In this document: positions 1 to 10,567 of the stretch, piece by piece
Layout: every line of letters starts with the position of its first letter
Position numbering within the stretch: position 1 is the stretch's first letter
Origin: an uncultured delta proteobacterium
GTDB taxonomy: Bacteria > Myxococcota_A > Polyangia > Haliangiales > Haliangiaceae
DNA: 64,000 bases
Assembly: GCA_963848295.1 (NCBI GenBank)
Contig: CAWKDB010000011.1
Span: 416,001-480,000, forward strand
Reading direction: 5' to 3'
Translations under genes and position numbers: made by a program
Notes under the pieces: generated by a model
Databases searched by the model: none
The model's input: the letters and a program-made list of their open reading frames with translations, nothing else
What the model was told of the DNA's origin: nothing

Positions 1-258
1 CTCGAGCAAGCGACCGGCGATCACGTGTCGGCGCACCCCGACCCCGCGGCCGCCGATTCGACCGACCCTCCGCCCGACGCGCGCAACGGCCCATCGCTCA
101 AAGAGCAAGTCGAAGCGTTCGAGCGCGGCCTCGTCGCGCGCTCGCTCGACGCGACCGGCGGCAATCAATCCGAGGCCGCGCGCCGGCTCGGCGTCTCGCG
201 GGTCACGCTGATCGACAAGATGAAGAAGTACGGGCTGTCCAGCAAGACCTCGCGCTAG
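1..258 (+). CDS. C-terminal end of a sigma-54-dependent (NtrC/Fis-type) transcriptional regulator, truncated by window start
   Basis: Fis-type HTH: SLKEQVEAFERGLVARSLDATGGNQSEAARRLGVSRVTLIDKMKKYGL. Confidence 0.85.
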   Translation, partial: LEQATGDHVSAHPDPAAADSTDPPPDARNGPSLKEQVEAFERGLVARSLDATGGNQSEAARRLGVSRVTLIDKMKKYGLSSKTSR

Positions 259-3200
259 TCGAGGAAGTCGTCGGTTCTCGGCTTCGACTTCGGGGCGAGG
301 CGGAGGAACATCACCGGCACGAGGAACAGCGAGAGCAGCGTCGACGACGTCAGACCGCCGACGACGGCGAGCGCGAGCGGGCGATTGGCCTCGGCGCCGC
401 GGTCGAGCCCGATCGCAGTCGGGATCAAGCCGATCACGGTCGCGAGCGTCGTCATCGCGATCGGCACGAACCGCGTCCGCGCGGCGTCGAGGATCGCGGA
501 CAGCTTGTCGGCGCCTTCATCGAGCCGGATCCGCGCGTGATCGATCAACAGAATCCCGTTCGACACCGCGATGCCGACCACCATCAGCACGCCCATCAGC
601 GCGGTGATCGAGAACCCCAGACCTCCGGCGAGTAAAGCGAGCACGATGCCGATGAGGGTGCACGGGATCGTGAAGAGCATGATCAACGGCATCCGCACGC
701 TCTTGAACTGCGACGCCATGATCATGAACACGACCATGATCGCGAGCCCGATCCCGAGGCCGAGGCCGGCGAACGTCGTCCGCATCAGGTCGACCTGGCC
801 GACGAAGTCGACCTTGATGCCGGCGGTGCGCGGATCGTGCGCGAGCCTGTCCTCGAGATCGGCCGCCGTGGTGCCGAGATCACGCCCTTCGGTCTGCATC
901 AACACGTGAGCTGCACGTCGCAGCTGGTTGCGCTCGATCGCGATCGGCCCGGTGGCGCGCCGGATGTTTCCGTAGGCGCCGAGCGTGACCGGGTCGCGAC
1001 GCCCGTCGAACCGCAGCGGGATCGTGCGCAGGGCGGCGGTGTCGTCGATCCGCTTGCTGTCGTACTCGGTGACGAGGTAGTAGGCGTTGCCGTTGCCACC
1101 ATCGACCCAGACCGCCGGCAGGTTGATGTTGCCAACCGTCGCGTCGAGCGTGGCCTGCGCGGCGGCGCGCGCGCTGACCCCGACGGTGCCCGCCTCCTCG
1201 CGATCGGTGTCCACGTGGACTTCGGGGTAGTCACTCTCGAACGTCTGCCACACGTCGCGCACGCCGGGGACCGTGCGCGCGACCTCGGCGACTGCACGGC
1301 TCTCGGCCTCGAGCTCCTCGAGGCTATCGGCGCGAACCTCGACCGCGAGTGGCGCGTTGTAGCCATTCGAGAACACGCTCGCGACGAGGCCGCCCGGCCA
1401 CTGCAGAAATTCGACGCCGGGATATTCGCGCGTCAGGATCGCGCGCGCCTTGTCAGAGAGCTCGTGCTGCGACTGCGCGCGCTCGTCGGGATCGACGAGC
1501 CCGAGCCGGATGAAGCCCATGTGCGGGCCCCAGTTCGGGCTGTTCATCGCGCTACGCGCCGCCTTCGGCGAGCCGACGTTCGTCAGGACGAGGTCGATGC
1601 CTGGCAGCTCCTTGCGCAAGTGCTCGGCCATCTCCTGCATCATGCGCGACGACTCCTGGATCGACGTACCCGGCGCGAGCCGCACGTAGATCCGCTCCAT
1701 CGACTCGTCGATCTCGGGGAAGAACGTGCTCGGCAGTCGTCCCGCGACCCAGCCGCTCGCGCCGACGAGGATGACCGAGCCGAGGATGACGACCCAGCCG
1801 AAGTCGAGTACCCGCGCGAGCGTACGGGTGTAGCCCTCGGCGAGCCACGCGATGCCGCGCTCGATCCGGCGCGCGATGCGGCCGGGCTCGGCATGACCGA
1901 GCAAGTAGCGACACGCGACCGGCGTCACCGCGATGCTGACGAAGTACGACGCGGCCATCGCGACCGCGACCGTGATCGCGAGCGGCACGAACAGCCTCTT
2001 CGCGAGGCCGGCGAACAGCAGGACCGGCAACAGCACGGCCATCGTCGTCAGCGTCGATGCGAGCACCGGCAACATGACCGCGCGCGTACCCTCGAGCGCG
2101 GCCTTCGCCGCGGACAGACCGCGCTTGCGGTGGCGGTGGATCGATTCGAGCACGACGACGGCGTCGTCGACGAGTCGGCCCATGACGAGCGTGAGCCCGC
2201 CCAGGGTGAACGCGTTGAGCGTCTGGCCGGTCGCGTTCAGCACGATCAGCGTGATCGCGAACGACAGCGGAATCGCGAACGACACGACGATCGTTCCGCG
2301 GATCGATTGCAGGAACAACAGGATCACGATCGCGACCAGAATCAGCGCCTGGATGATCTCCTTCTTGAGCCCGGCGTAAGAGCTGCGCACGAACGTCGAC
2401 TGATCGAAGATCGGCTTGACGACCATGCCCTGCGGCAGGTTCTGAAGACCGGCGATCGTGTCTTTTACGGCGTCGACGATCTGGATCGTATTGCCGCCCG
2501 GAATGCGCAGCACGTTGAGGTAGACGCCGTCGACGCCGTTGATCGAGACCGCCTGGGTCTGCGGCGACGCGCCATCCTCGACGCGCGCGACGTCGGACAC
2601 CCGCACTGGCTTGCCGTTCGGCCGCTTGATGATCGCGTCGCCGATGTCGGAGATCCGCTCGGCGATCGCGTTGGTATAGAGGTTCGCGTCGAACATCCGC
2701 GTGATCAGCTCGCCCGACGGCAACAGCGGATTTGCATTCGCGACCGTCGCGGCGACATCGGACGACGTGATGCCGCGGGCCTCGGCCTTGACCGGATCTA
2801 CGACGACGTTGATCCGGCGCTGGCGACCGCCGTTGACCGACGCGCTCGCGACGCCCGAGATGCCCTCGAGCTTCGGCTCGATGTTGTTGAGCGCGTAGTC
2901 GTAGAGCTGGGCGCCGGTCATTCCGCCGCCATAGACCGCGACCTGGACGACCGGAGCGTTCGACGGATCGTACTGCAGCACGAACGGCGGCAGCACGCCG
3001 AGGGACTTCGGCACGGCCGCCATCGAGAACGCGACTTGCTGCTGGACCAGCGACTGCGCCGCGTCGAGGTTCGTGCCCCACTTGAGCCACACGAACACGA
3101 CCGAGAGGTTGTTGCGCGAGACGCTCTCGACATGGTCGACGCCCGGCGTCGCGCTGACGTACTTCTCGATGCGCCACGTCAGCGTCTTCTCGACGTCCTT

Positions 3201-3362
3201 CGGCCCGAGGCCCGGCGCGAGCGTGCCGATCACGAGCACGGGAGGCGTCAGCTCGGGGAACGTGTCGACGCTCATCCTCGGCGTCACGACCGCTGCGAAT
3301 ACCACGATGCCGATGCACGCCATCGCGACGGCGATGGGGTTGCGGAGGGACAGCTCGGTCAT
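255..3362 (-). CDS. RND efflux transporter permease subunit (AcrB/CzcA family)
   Basis: Start MTELSLRNP overlaps the MFP stop; motifs GRLVDDAVVVLE, VGIAVSNGILL, RFVPIAMTTLAT, PLALAVVGGL; ~1035 aa. Confidence 0.95.
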   Translation of the reverse strand: MTELSLRNPIAVAMACIGIVVFAAVVTPRMSVDTFPELTPPVLVIGTLAPGLGPKDVEKTLTWRIEKYVSATPGVDHVESVSRNNLSVVFVWLKWGTNLDAAQSLVQQQVAFSMAAVPKSLGVLPPFVLQYDPSNAPVVQVAVYGGGMTGAQLYDYALNNIEPKLEGISGVASASVNGGRQRRINVVVDPVKAEARGITSSDVAATVANANPLLPSGELITRMFDANLYTNAIAERISDIGDAIIKRPNGKPVRVSDVARVEDGASPQTQAVSINGVDGVYLNVLRIPGGNTIQIVDAVKDTIAGLQNLPQGMVVKPIFDQSTFVRSSYAGLKKEIIQALILVAIVILLFLQSIRGTIVVSFAIPLSFAITLIVLNATGQTLNAFTLGGLTLVMGRLVDDAVVVLESIHRHRKRGLSAAKAALEGTRAVMLPVLASTLTTMAVLLPVLLFAGLAKRLFVPLAITVAVAMAASYFVSIAVTPVACRYLLGHAEPGRIARRIERGIAWLAEGYTRTLARVLDFGWVVILGSVILVGASGWVAGRLPSTFFPEIDESMERIYVRLAPGTSIQESSRMMQEMAEHLRKELPGIDLVLTNVGSPKAARSAMNSPNWGPHMGFIRLGLVDPDERAQSQHELSDKARAILTREYPGVEFLQWPGGLVASVFSNGYNAPLAVEVRADSLEELEAESRAVAEVARTVPGVRDVWQTFESDYPEVHVDTDREEAGTVGVSARAAAQATLDATVGNINLPAVWVDGGNGNAYYLVTEYDSKRIDDTAALRTIPLRFDGRRDPVTLGAYGNIRRATGPIAIERNQLRRAAHVLMQTEGRDLGTTAADLEDRLAHDPRTAGIKVDFVGQVDLMRTTFAGLGLGIGLAIMVVFMIMASQFKSVRMPLIMLFTIPCTLIGIVLALLAGGLGFSITALMGVLMVVGIAVSNGILLIDHARIRLDEGADKLSAILDAARTRFVPIAMTTLATVIGLIPTAIGLDRGAEANRPLALAVVGGLTSSTLLSLFLVPVMFLRLAPKSKPRTDDFLD

Positions 3363-4531
3363 GGCTCGGTCTTGCCCTGCGACGGCGTCCACGGCACGGT
3401 CTTGCCGTCGACGCGATCGTTGTCGTTGAGCAGTCCGCGCCCCTCGGTGACCACCAGGCTCCCGGGAGGGAGCGTCGGGTCGACGTAGTACGTGCCCTTG
3501 CGCTCCCCGATCAGCTTCGCGCGCGTCGCGTGGGCGGCTCCGTTCGCGACGACGAACACGGTGGTCTTCGAGCCGTGCACCGCGGCGGAGATCAACGGGA
3601 TCGCGGTCGCCGGGACCGGCGCGCCGACATCGAGCGACAGCTCCGCGGTGGTCCACACCGGGACCGTGCGAGCCGGATCGTCGAGGTCGAGCTCGATGTG
3701 CACCGTGCGCGTATCCGGGTCGGCCGCCGGCGAGCGGCGCGAGATCTTCGCGGTGAGGTCGCGGTTAGTCGCCAGCAGATGGACGCGAACCTCGTTCCCC
3801 GGGGCGACGTTATCGAAGTCATCCTCGGGCACGTCGGCCGTGATCCGCACCATGCGGCGATCGATCACGGTCGCGATCCAGGAGCCGGGCCGCACGAACG
3901 CGCCGGGATCGCTGTGGCGCTCGGCGATCTCGCCATCGAACGGCGAGCGGAGGACGCAGTCGTCGACCTGCAATGTCGAGTTGATCATCTGCGCCTGCAG
4001 GGCGGCGAGCTGCGCGTCCTTGCTCGCGACGTCGGCGTTCTTGAGATCGACCTCGTTCTCCGACACGTAGTTGCCATCGAGCAGGCTCGAGATCCTCGTC
4101 GCTTCCTTGGAGGCAGCCCCCCGCATCGCATCGAGCGCGCGCGCCTGGGCGGCGACCGCCCTGCTGGTCGCCGACGAGCTACGGCAGTCGAGCGTCGCGA
4201 TGACCTCGCCGCGCTTGACCTGTGCGCCCGGGCGCACGAGCACGGTGTCGACGTACGCCGACACCATCTGCGGCCCGATCTTCGCTTGCACCCACGGCTC
4301 GACGGTGCCGACGTATCGCCGGCGCGGCTGGAACGGCTGAGCGATCGCCGCGACCATCGTGACTCCCTTGGGCGCCTGGGCGAGCGAGACCTTGTTCCTG
4401 CCGGCGGCAGCTCGCATGTACAACAGCGCGCCCACCCCGAGCACGCCGAGCACGCCGAGCATGATCATCGTCGGCATGGCGAAGCGGCCGCGAGGAGCGA
4501 CCGGCGAGATCGGATCGATGGGTTCGGTCAT
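3359..4531 (-). CDS. RND efflux periplasmic adaptor (membrane fusion protein)
   Basis: N-terminal TM anchor, lipoyl/barrel motifs (VRPGAQVKRGEVIATLD, LRSPFDGEI), DPDTRTV; located between TolC and RND genes. Confidence 0.93.
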   Translation of the reverse strand: MTEPIDPISPVAPRGRFAMPTMIMLGVLGVLGVGALLYMRAAAGRNKVSLAQAPKGVTMVAAIAQPFQPRRRYVGTVEPWVQAKIGPQMVSAYVDTVLVRPGAQVKRGEVIATLDCRSSSATSRAVAAQARALDAMRGAASKEATRISSLLDGNYVSENEVDLKNADVASKDAQLAALQAQMINSTLQVDDCVLRSPFDGEIAERHSDPGAFVRPGSWIATVIDRRMVRITADVPEDDFDNVAPGNEVRVHLLATNRDLTAKISRRSPAADPDTRTVHIELDLDDPARTVPVWTTAELSLDVGAPVPATAIPLISAAVHGSKTTVFVVANGAAHATRAKLIGERKGTYYVDPTLPPGSLVVTEGRGLLNDNDRVDGKTVPWTPSQGKTEP

Positions 4532-5898
4532 GGTGCGGCCTCCGCGAGTACGCGCGCGAGCAGCGCCCGCGCGCTAGACAGCTGGAACTGACCGATCGCG
4601 AGCTGGATCTGCGCGTCGGTGAGCAGCGCCTCGGCGTCCGAGACCTCGATCGCCGTGCCGAGACCTCCGTTGAAGCGCGCTTCGGCCTGGGCGTGGTTCG
4701 CCTGCGCCGCATCGAGCGAGCGTCGCAGGGCTGGCAGGGCCGCGCGCGCGACGTCGAGCCCGACCGTGCTGCGCTCTGCGAGCGTGCGAAGCTGTTCGCG
4801 GACCTCGTCGATCTCCGCGGAGCGCACCGATTCGACCCGCTGCGAGGCCTTCGCGCGCGCGCTGACCGTCCGGTCATAGAGCGGCCAGCTGACGACGACG
4901 AGCGCGTCCCAGTTCGGCACGTCGGGGATCAGGCCGCCGCCCGTCGGCGTCGGATTCGTCGTCACCGCCGCGCCGCCGGCGCGACCGGTCAGCTCGGCAG
5001 AAAAGCTGACGTCCGGCTTCAGCTCGTCGCGGATCGCTCGCGTGAACCCCTGCTGCGCGGCGAGCAGATCGCGCGCGGCGCCCAGCTCCGGCGCATCGCG
5101 GATCGCCGCCGCGGTGGCCGGAGGCACGCCAAACGCGACGTCGTCGGTACCGGCGTCGACAGCCGCCGCGCTCGAACCGACCGCCGCGGCGAGCACGGCT
5201 TGTGCGGTCGCGAGCGCGCCGGTCGCACGCACGCGATCGACATCGAAGCGCGCGACATCGGCTTCGGCGCGCGTGAGCTCGATCTGCGGCCACAGCTGCG
5301 CACCGACCTTGGCCTGCGCGAGATCGCGATGTGCGCCCGCTCGCGTCACCGCGGCCTGCGAAGCGGCGAGCACTTGCTTCGCTCCGAGCACGGCATAGAA
5401 GCTGCGCTCGACGAGCAAGTCGAGATCGAGCTGCGCGACCCTCGCGTCCTGCTCGGCCGATCGGGCGAAAGCATCGAGCGCATCGGCCTGGGCCTCCAGG
5501 CGGCCGAAATCGTAGAGTTGTTTCTCCACCACCACCCCCGCGAGCGTCGAGGGCTCCGGCTTCCACGTCACGGAGGCGTTGGCCGGGGTCCCGCCGACGC
5601 GCGCGACGTCGAGGGCCCCGAGCGTGCCGTACGAGGCCGTCGTGTTATTGGCCGTGCCGATCAGCGCTTCCGCAGCCGCGGTCACGCGCGGAGAGAATCC
5701 CGCCCGCGGCACTTCGGTCGCAGCGCGTGCGACCTCGACCCGCGCGCGCGCGGCCGCGATCGAAGGCTGATGAATGCGCGCGTAGTCGAGGGCCTGGCGC
5801 AGCGACATCGCAGCGACCGCGGGCTGAGCGTCGGAAGATCTCGGAGCCAGGACGATCGCCGCAACAGCCATAGCGACACGCACGCAACGCTCGTACAT
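4528..5898 (-). CDS. TolC family outer membrane efflux protein (start uncertain, 5871-5898)
   Basis: Signal peptide, SLRQALDYA, QLYDFGR, VSWPLYD, ARFNGGLGTAIEVSDAE. Confidence 0.9.
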   Translation of the reverse strand: MYERCVRVAMAVAAIVLAPRSSDAQPAVAAMSLRQALDYARIHQPSIAAARARVEVARAATEVPRAGFSPRVTAAAEALIGTANNTTASYGTLGALDVARVGGTPANASVTWKPEPSTLAGVVVEKQLYDFGRLEAQADALDAFARSAEQDARVAQLDLDLLVERSFYAVLGAKQVLAASQAAVTRAGAHRDLAQAKVGAQLWPQIELTRAEADVARFDVDRVRATGALATAQAVLAAAVGSSAAAVDAGTDDVAFGVPPATAAAIRDAPELGAARDLLAAQQGFTRAIRDELKPDVSFSAELTGRAGGAAVTTNPTPTGGGLIPDVPNWDALVVVSWPLYDRTVSARAKASQRVESVRSAEIDEVREQLRTLAERSTVGLDVARAALPALRRSLDAAQANHAQAEARFNGGLGTAIEVSDAEALLTDAQIQLAIGQFQLSSARALLARVLAEAAP

Positions 5899-5918
5899 AG
5901 GAGGACCGTAGTTGCAAC

Positions 5919-5934
5919 AGCATCCCTCGTGCCA
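5919..5934 (-). promoter_or_regulatory. Sigma-54 (-24/-12) promoter of the tolC-MFP-RND operon
   Basis: Minus strand reads TGGCACGAGGGATGCT, with correct GG-N10-GC spacing; adjacent divergent NtrC-type two-component system. Confidence 0.75.
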
Positions 5935-6059
5935 TCCCCTCGTGCTACTCCAAGTCCAGAATTCAACATGGCGCCCGAGAATCGGAACCGGGATAAATTC
6001 CGGATCGACGCGGAGATTCTCCGGAAGGGGACGGTGCGTCTCTACGTGTCTTCGTGGAG

Positions 6060-7415
6060 ATGAATCCTGGCGCGGATGTTGCCTCGCCACGCCGGGGAGG
6101 TCCACGTGGTGCGTTCGGCTGGTTCGTGATCAAGACGCGGTGGCTCGTTGCGTTCACCGTGGCGGCGGTCGCTGCGATCGGCGCACTGGTCTACGTGGAC
6201 GAGACGTACCGCTCCGAGGCCGGCCTCGACGATCTCGGCGAGCAGCAGGCCGCGGTCGCTCAAGCGGCGAGCCTCGCACTGGCGGCGGATGGCGATCGAG
6301 CGCCGAGCTCGCTCGCGGCACTCGCGCATCCGGGTACCGCCGTCGTGATGATCGGGCAAGTGGGTGGCGAGCTGCATACGCTCGACGGTCAGCGGATCAC
6401 CGCCCCCGAGCTCGTGGCGGCGATCGATCACGGCGCTCGCACGGTGCGGATCGCGCCGGCCGATGCTCCCGCGCTCGGCCTGCCCGAGCGCACCGCCATG
6501 GTCGGCATCGCGCGCACGCCGGACGGTCGGATCGTCGCCGTCGCGAGCAGCGCCGAGCATCAGCGCGATCGCGACCGCCAGGGCCGCATGCGCGTCTTGT
6601 CGTCGATGGTCCTCGCCGCGTCGGTGATGTCGGTGTTCGCGGCCGTCGTCTGGAAGAAGCAGCAATCCGAGGCTGCGCTATCGCGCGAGCTCGCGGTCGC
6701 CGAGACCGCGCGCAGCCGCGACGTCGAGCTCGATCGGCTGAATCGCGCCGCGACGATGGCCGCGCTCGGCTCGGGCGTCGCCCACGAGCTGTCGACGCCG
6801 CTCGGCGTGATCGTCGGGCGCGCCGAGCAACTGATCGCGCGGCTCGGCGATGACGCACGATCCGTCAAGAACGCGCAGGCGATCCTCGACCAGGCCGATC
6901 ACATCAATCGCGTCGTGCGCGGGCTGCTCGGCCTCGCGCGCGGCGCGCCGATCGCGCTACAAGCGGTCGAGGCGAGCGCGCTGGTCCGCGACGCTGCTGC
7001 GCTCGTCGAGCATCGATTCCAGCGGGCGAACGTCAAGCTGTTGCCGGCGGTCGGCGGGACGCTGCCGGCGGTTCGCTGCGAGCCGCTGCTGTTCAAGCAC
7101 GCGCTCGTGAACCTCCTGCTCAACGCGTGCGACGCGTCGCCGCCGAAGAGCACCGTGCGGCTCGACGTCCATGCCGATACGTCCGAGATCGCGTTCGTCG
7201 TCACCGACGAGGGCGAAGGCATCACCGAGTCCGACGCGGCGCGCGCGATCGAGCCGTTCTTCACGACGAAGCCGGCCGGTCAAGGCACCGGGCTCGGCCT
7301 CGCGATCGCGAACGAGATCGCGAAGACCCATCGCGGCTCGCTCGACATCGCACCGCGCCCGCCGCGAGGCACGCGCGCCTGCATCCGGATTCCGATCGAA
7401 GGGGGCGCCACATGA
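6060..7415 (+). CDS. Sensor histidine kinase (NtrB-like)
   Basis: Two TM segments, H-box VAHELSTPL, N-box NLLLNACDA, DEGEGI, PFFTTK, GTGLGL. Confidence 0.95.
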   Translation: MNPGADVASPRRGGPRGAFGWFVIKTRWLVAFTVAAVAAIGALVYVDETYRSEAGLDDLGEQQAAVAQAASLALAADGDRAPSSLAALAHPGTAVVMIGQVGGELHTLDGQRITAPELVAAIDHGARTVRIAPADAPALGLPERTAMVGIARTPDGRIVAVASSAEHQRDRDRQGRMRVLSSMVLAASVMSVFAAVVWKKQQSEAALSRELAVAETARSRDVELDRLNRAATMAALGSGVAHELSTPLGVIVGRAEQLIARLGDDARSVKNAQAILDQADHINRVVRGLLGLARGAPIALQAVEASALVRDAAALVEHRFQRANVKLLPAVGGTLPAVRCEPLLFKHALVNLLLNACDASPPKSTVRLDVHADTSEIAFVVTDEGEGITESDAARAIEPFFTTKPAGQGTGLGLAIANEIAKTHRGSLDIAPRPPRGTRACIRIPIEGGAT

Positions 7416-8767
7416 CCGACCTCAAGCCTCGCGTGATCGTCGTCGACGACAAGGTGGCGATGGCCGAGACGCTCGCCGACGGACTCGGCGATCACGACTA
7501 CGAGGCGACCGCGCTCGGCTCCGGCCGCGCCGCGATCGAAGCGGTGCGAGCGGGCAGCGTCGACCTCGTGGTCACCGATCTGCGCATGCCCGATGTCGAC
7601 GGCCTCGCGCTGCTCGACGCGATTCGCGGCTCGAACCTCGATGTGCCGGTGATCGTCATGACCGCGTACGGCGCGATCGATTCGGCCGTCGAGTCGATCC
7701 GCCGCGGCGCGTATCACTACCTCACCAAACCGTTCAAGCTCGACGAGCTCGTGATCTTCGTTCGCCGCGCGCTCGAAGAGCGCGCGCTGCGCCGCGAGAC
7801 CGCCGAGCTACGCAGGACCCTCGGCGAGCAGTTCTCGCTGGCAGGCGTCATCGCGCGCAGCGCGGCGATGCAGCGGGTCCTGTCGATCGTCGAGCGCATC
7901 GCGCCGAGCGACGTCCCCGTGTTGATCACGGGTGAGACCGGCACGGGCAAGACCATGATCGCGCGCGCGATCCACGGCGCGAGCAAGCGCGCCGGTAAGC
8001 CCTTCATCGCGATCAACAGCGCCGCCCTGCCCGAGGCGCTACTCGAGAGCGAGTTGTTCGGTCACGTCAAGGGGGCGTTCACCGGCGCGACCGCGGATCA
8101 CGCCGGGCTCTTCGCGTCCGCCGACGGCGGTACGATCCTGCTCGACGAGATCGGCGAGCTGCCGATCGGGCTCCAGGCGAAGCTGCTGCGCGTGCTCGAG
8201 TCCGGCAAGCTGCGGCCCGTCGGCTCGACGCGCGAGCGCTCCGCCGATGTACGCATCCTCGCGGCGACCCATCGCGACCTGCGGAATGCCGTCACACAGG
8301 GCACGTTCCGCGAGGATCTGCTCTACCGGCTCGACGTCGTCTCACTCGAAGTCCCCGCGCTGCGCCACCGCCGCGACGATATGGCGCCGCTGATCGAGCG
8401 CTTCCTCGCCGGCGCCGTGCACCGGCACCCGACCTCTCTGGGCACGCACTTCTCCCGCGACGCCATGCGACGAATGCTCGACCATGCGTGGCCCGGGAAC
8501 GTCCGCGAGCTCGCACACGCGGTCGAACGCGGAGTCCTACTCGCGACCGGCAGCGAGATCACGTTGTCCGAGCTCGAGCTCGTTGCCAGCTCGGCCGACC
8601 CCTCGACCGACTTTGGCGGCGCGATCGTCCCGATGATCGAGATCCAGCGCCGCTACGCGCGCTGGGCACTCGAACAGCTCGGCGGTCACAAGACGCGGAC
8701 CGCCGAGCGCCTCGACGTCGACGCGAAGACGCTCAACCGCTGGCTCGCCACCGACGATTCCGGCTGA
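7412..8767 (+). CDS. Sigma-54-dependent response regulator (REC-AAA+-HTH)
   Basis: VVDD and TDLRMP receiver motifs; GETGTGKT, ESELFGHVKGAFTGA, WPGNVREL; C-terminal HTH. Confidence 0.96.
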   Translation: MTDLKPRVIVVDDKVAMAETLADGLGDHDYEATALGSGRAAIEAVRAGSVDLVVTDLRMPDVDGLALLDAIRGSNLDVPVIVMTAYGAIDSAVESIRRGAYHYLTKPFKLDELVIFVRRALEERALRRETAELRRTLGEQFSLAGVIARSAAMQRVLSIVERIAPSDVPVLITGETGTGKTMIARAIHGASKRAGKPFIAINSAALPEALLESELFGHVKGAFTGATADHAGLFASADGGTILLDEIGELPIGLQAKLLRVLESGKLRPVGSTRERSADVRILAATHRDLRNAVTQGTFREDLLYRLDVVSLEVPALRHRRDDMAPLIERFLAGAVHRHPTSLGTHFSRDAMRRMLDHAWPGNVRELAHAVERGVLLATGSEITLSELELVASSADPSTDFGGAIVPMIEIQRRYARWALEQLGGHKTRTAERLDVDAKTLNRWLATDDSG

Positions 8768-8921
8768 TCCGCAGCCCCAGCGGCACCGGCGCAATCCGAG
8801 GGCCGCCGCCGCTAGACCGCGCACCGAGCGAAATCTCGATAGCACTCCAGCACCTACCGCCGCCGCGCGCGGCTCGGAACCCGAGGTGCGTGCACGCGTC
8901 GCGCGCCCTATCGTGGGCCGC

Positions 8922-9917
8922 ATGCAAAGCGTGATCATCACCGGCGGCAATACCGGCCTCGGCTTCGCCTGCGCCAAGACCATCGCGCGCGCCGGCGGCT
9001 GGCATCTCATCATCGCGTGTCGCAACCAGGCCAGCGGAGAGGCGGCTGCACAGCGGCTCCGCGCCGCGAGCGGCCCGGACACCACGGTCGAGACGTTGCC
9101 GCTCGACCTCGCGTCGCAGGTGTCGATTCGCTCGTTCGCCATGACGATCGCGACCGGTGGCCGCCCTCCCTTGCGCGCGATCGTCTGTAACGCAGGGATC
9201 CAGGTCGTCAGCGCTACGACGTATACGACGGACGGCGTCGAGACCACGTTCGGCGTGAATCACCTCGGCCACTTCTTGCTCGTGCATTTGCTCGCGTCGC
9301 ACCTCGAGGCGCCGGCGCGGATCGTCGTGGTGTCGAGCGGCACGCACGATGCGGACAAGCGCACCGGGATGCCGGCGCCGGTGTTCACCGACGTCGCGTC
9401 CCTCGCACGTCCGTCTGTGACTGACGAGGACGTCGGCGTCGTTGGCCGCCGCGCGTATTCGACGTCGAAGCTGTGCAACGTGATGTTCACGTACGAGCTC
9501 GCCCGTCGGCTGCACGACCGCGGGGTCACGGTCAACGCGTTCGACCCGGGCTTGATGCCGGGCTCGGGCCTCGCGCGCGACTACTCGTGGTTGCAGCGCT
9601 TCGGTTGGCACTACATCTTGCCGTTGTTGACGCTGGTGATGCGGAACGTCAACACGACGCGCAGGTCCGGCCGCCGGCTCGCCACGCTGGTGCTCGACCC
9701 CGCGATGAACGGCATCACCGGCCGGTACTTCGAGGGCTCGCGCGAGATCGCGTCGTCACGCGAATCGTACGACCCCGCCAAGACGCGCGCGCTGTGGGAC
9801 GGCAGCGTCGCGCTCGCGCACCTCGCGCCGGGCGAATCGATCGGCGAGCCGACCGCGCCCCGACCGATGCCCGCGCCGGTCGCGCGCGACGAGCTACCGT
9901 CCGTCGGGCCGAGCTGA
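8922..9917 (+). CDS. SDR family oxidoreductase (retinol/protochlorophyllide reductase-like subgroup)
   Basis: TGGNTGLG, CNAG, NHLGHFLL, YSTSK. Confidence 0.92.
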   Translation: MQSVIITGGNTGLGFACAKTIARAGGWHLIIACRNQASGEAAAQRLRAASGPDTTVETLPLDLASQVSIRSFAMTIATGGRPPLRAIVCNAGIQVVSATTYTTDGVETTFGVNHLGHFLLVHLLASHLEAPARIVVVSSGTHDADKRTGMPAPVFTDVASLARPSVTDEDVGVVGRRAYSTSKLCNVMFTYELARRLHDRGVTVNAFDPGLMPGSGLARDYSWLQRFGWHYILPLLTLVMRNVNTTRRSGRRLATLVLDPAMNGITGRYFEGSREIASSRESYDPAKTRALWDGSVALAHLAPGESIGEPTAPRPMPAPVARDELPSVGPS

Positions 9918-10520
9918 CCGCGGCGCGCGCGCGTAACCCACGAACAGCGCGGTGAGCTCGTCGACGAGGCGGTCGTCATGGCTGCGCCGCGTGCGCACGG
10001 CCTCCGACAGCACCCCCATGATCGCGTGGACAAGCACGAACGCGGCGAGGTCGACATCGAGCGCCGGGAGCTCCGCAGAGAACCGCGACAGGTGCATGGC
10101 CACCATCGGCTCGAGCTGACGGTGCAGGACCTCGAGCCGCTTGGCGCCATCGACGCGCGGCAGCTCCTCGGCGAGCACCGCGTTGAGCTCGAGCTCGCTC
10201 GCCTTCGCGGCGAGCAGCGCGGCGATCACCCGTCGGATCGCGGGCTCGAACCCCAACGCCGGATCGACCGCCGCCAGCGCCGCGGCCATCATGCGCCGAA
10301 AGAAATCCTCGACGAGCTCGGACAGCAGCGCGTCCTTGCTCGGAAAGTACTCGTACAGGCTACCGATGCTCACGCCGGCGACCGCGGCGACGCGCTCGGT
10401 CGTGAACCCCGCATAGCCGTGCTCGACCAACACCTTGCGCGACGCGACGAGCATCGCATCGACCGTCACCGCCGAGCGGGTCTGGCGCGGCTTGCGTCGC
10501 GGCTTGAGCCGATCAGCCAT
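9894..10520 (-). CDS. TetR/AcrR family transcriptional regulator
   Basis: PRQTRS...GYAGFTTERVAAVAGVSIGSLYEYFPSKDAL. Confidence 0.93.
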   Translation of the reverse strand: MADRLKPRRKPRQTRSAVTVDAMLVASRKVLVEHGYAGFTTERVAAVAGVSIGSLYEYFPSKDALLSELVEDFFRRMMAAALAAVDPALGFEPAIRRVIAALLAAKASELELNAVLAEELPRVDGAKRLEVLHRQLEPMVAMHLSRFSAELPALDVDLAAFVLVHAIMGVLSEAVRTRRSHDDRLVDELTALFVGYARAPRSARPDGR

Positions 10521-10567
10521 CGGGCACGAGTCTGCCTTGGAACCGGCGCGCCGGGAGCCGCGCGCCG

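Noticed and set aside
837..3488. Long antisense or alternate-frame ORFs (e.g. 837-3488, 45232-47106, 54961-56928)
   Set aside because: Shadow ORFs expected from high GC and codon bias opposite well-supported genes.
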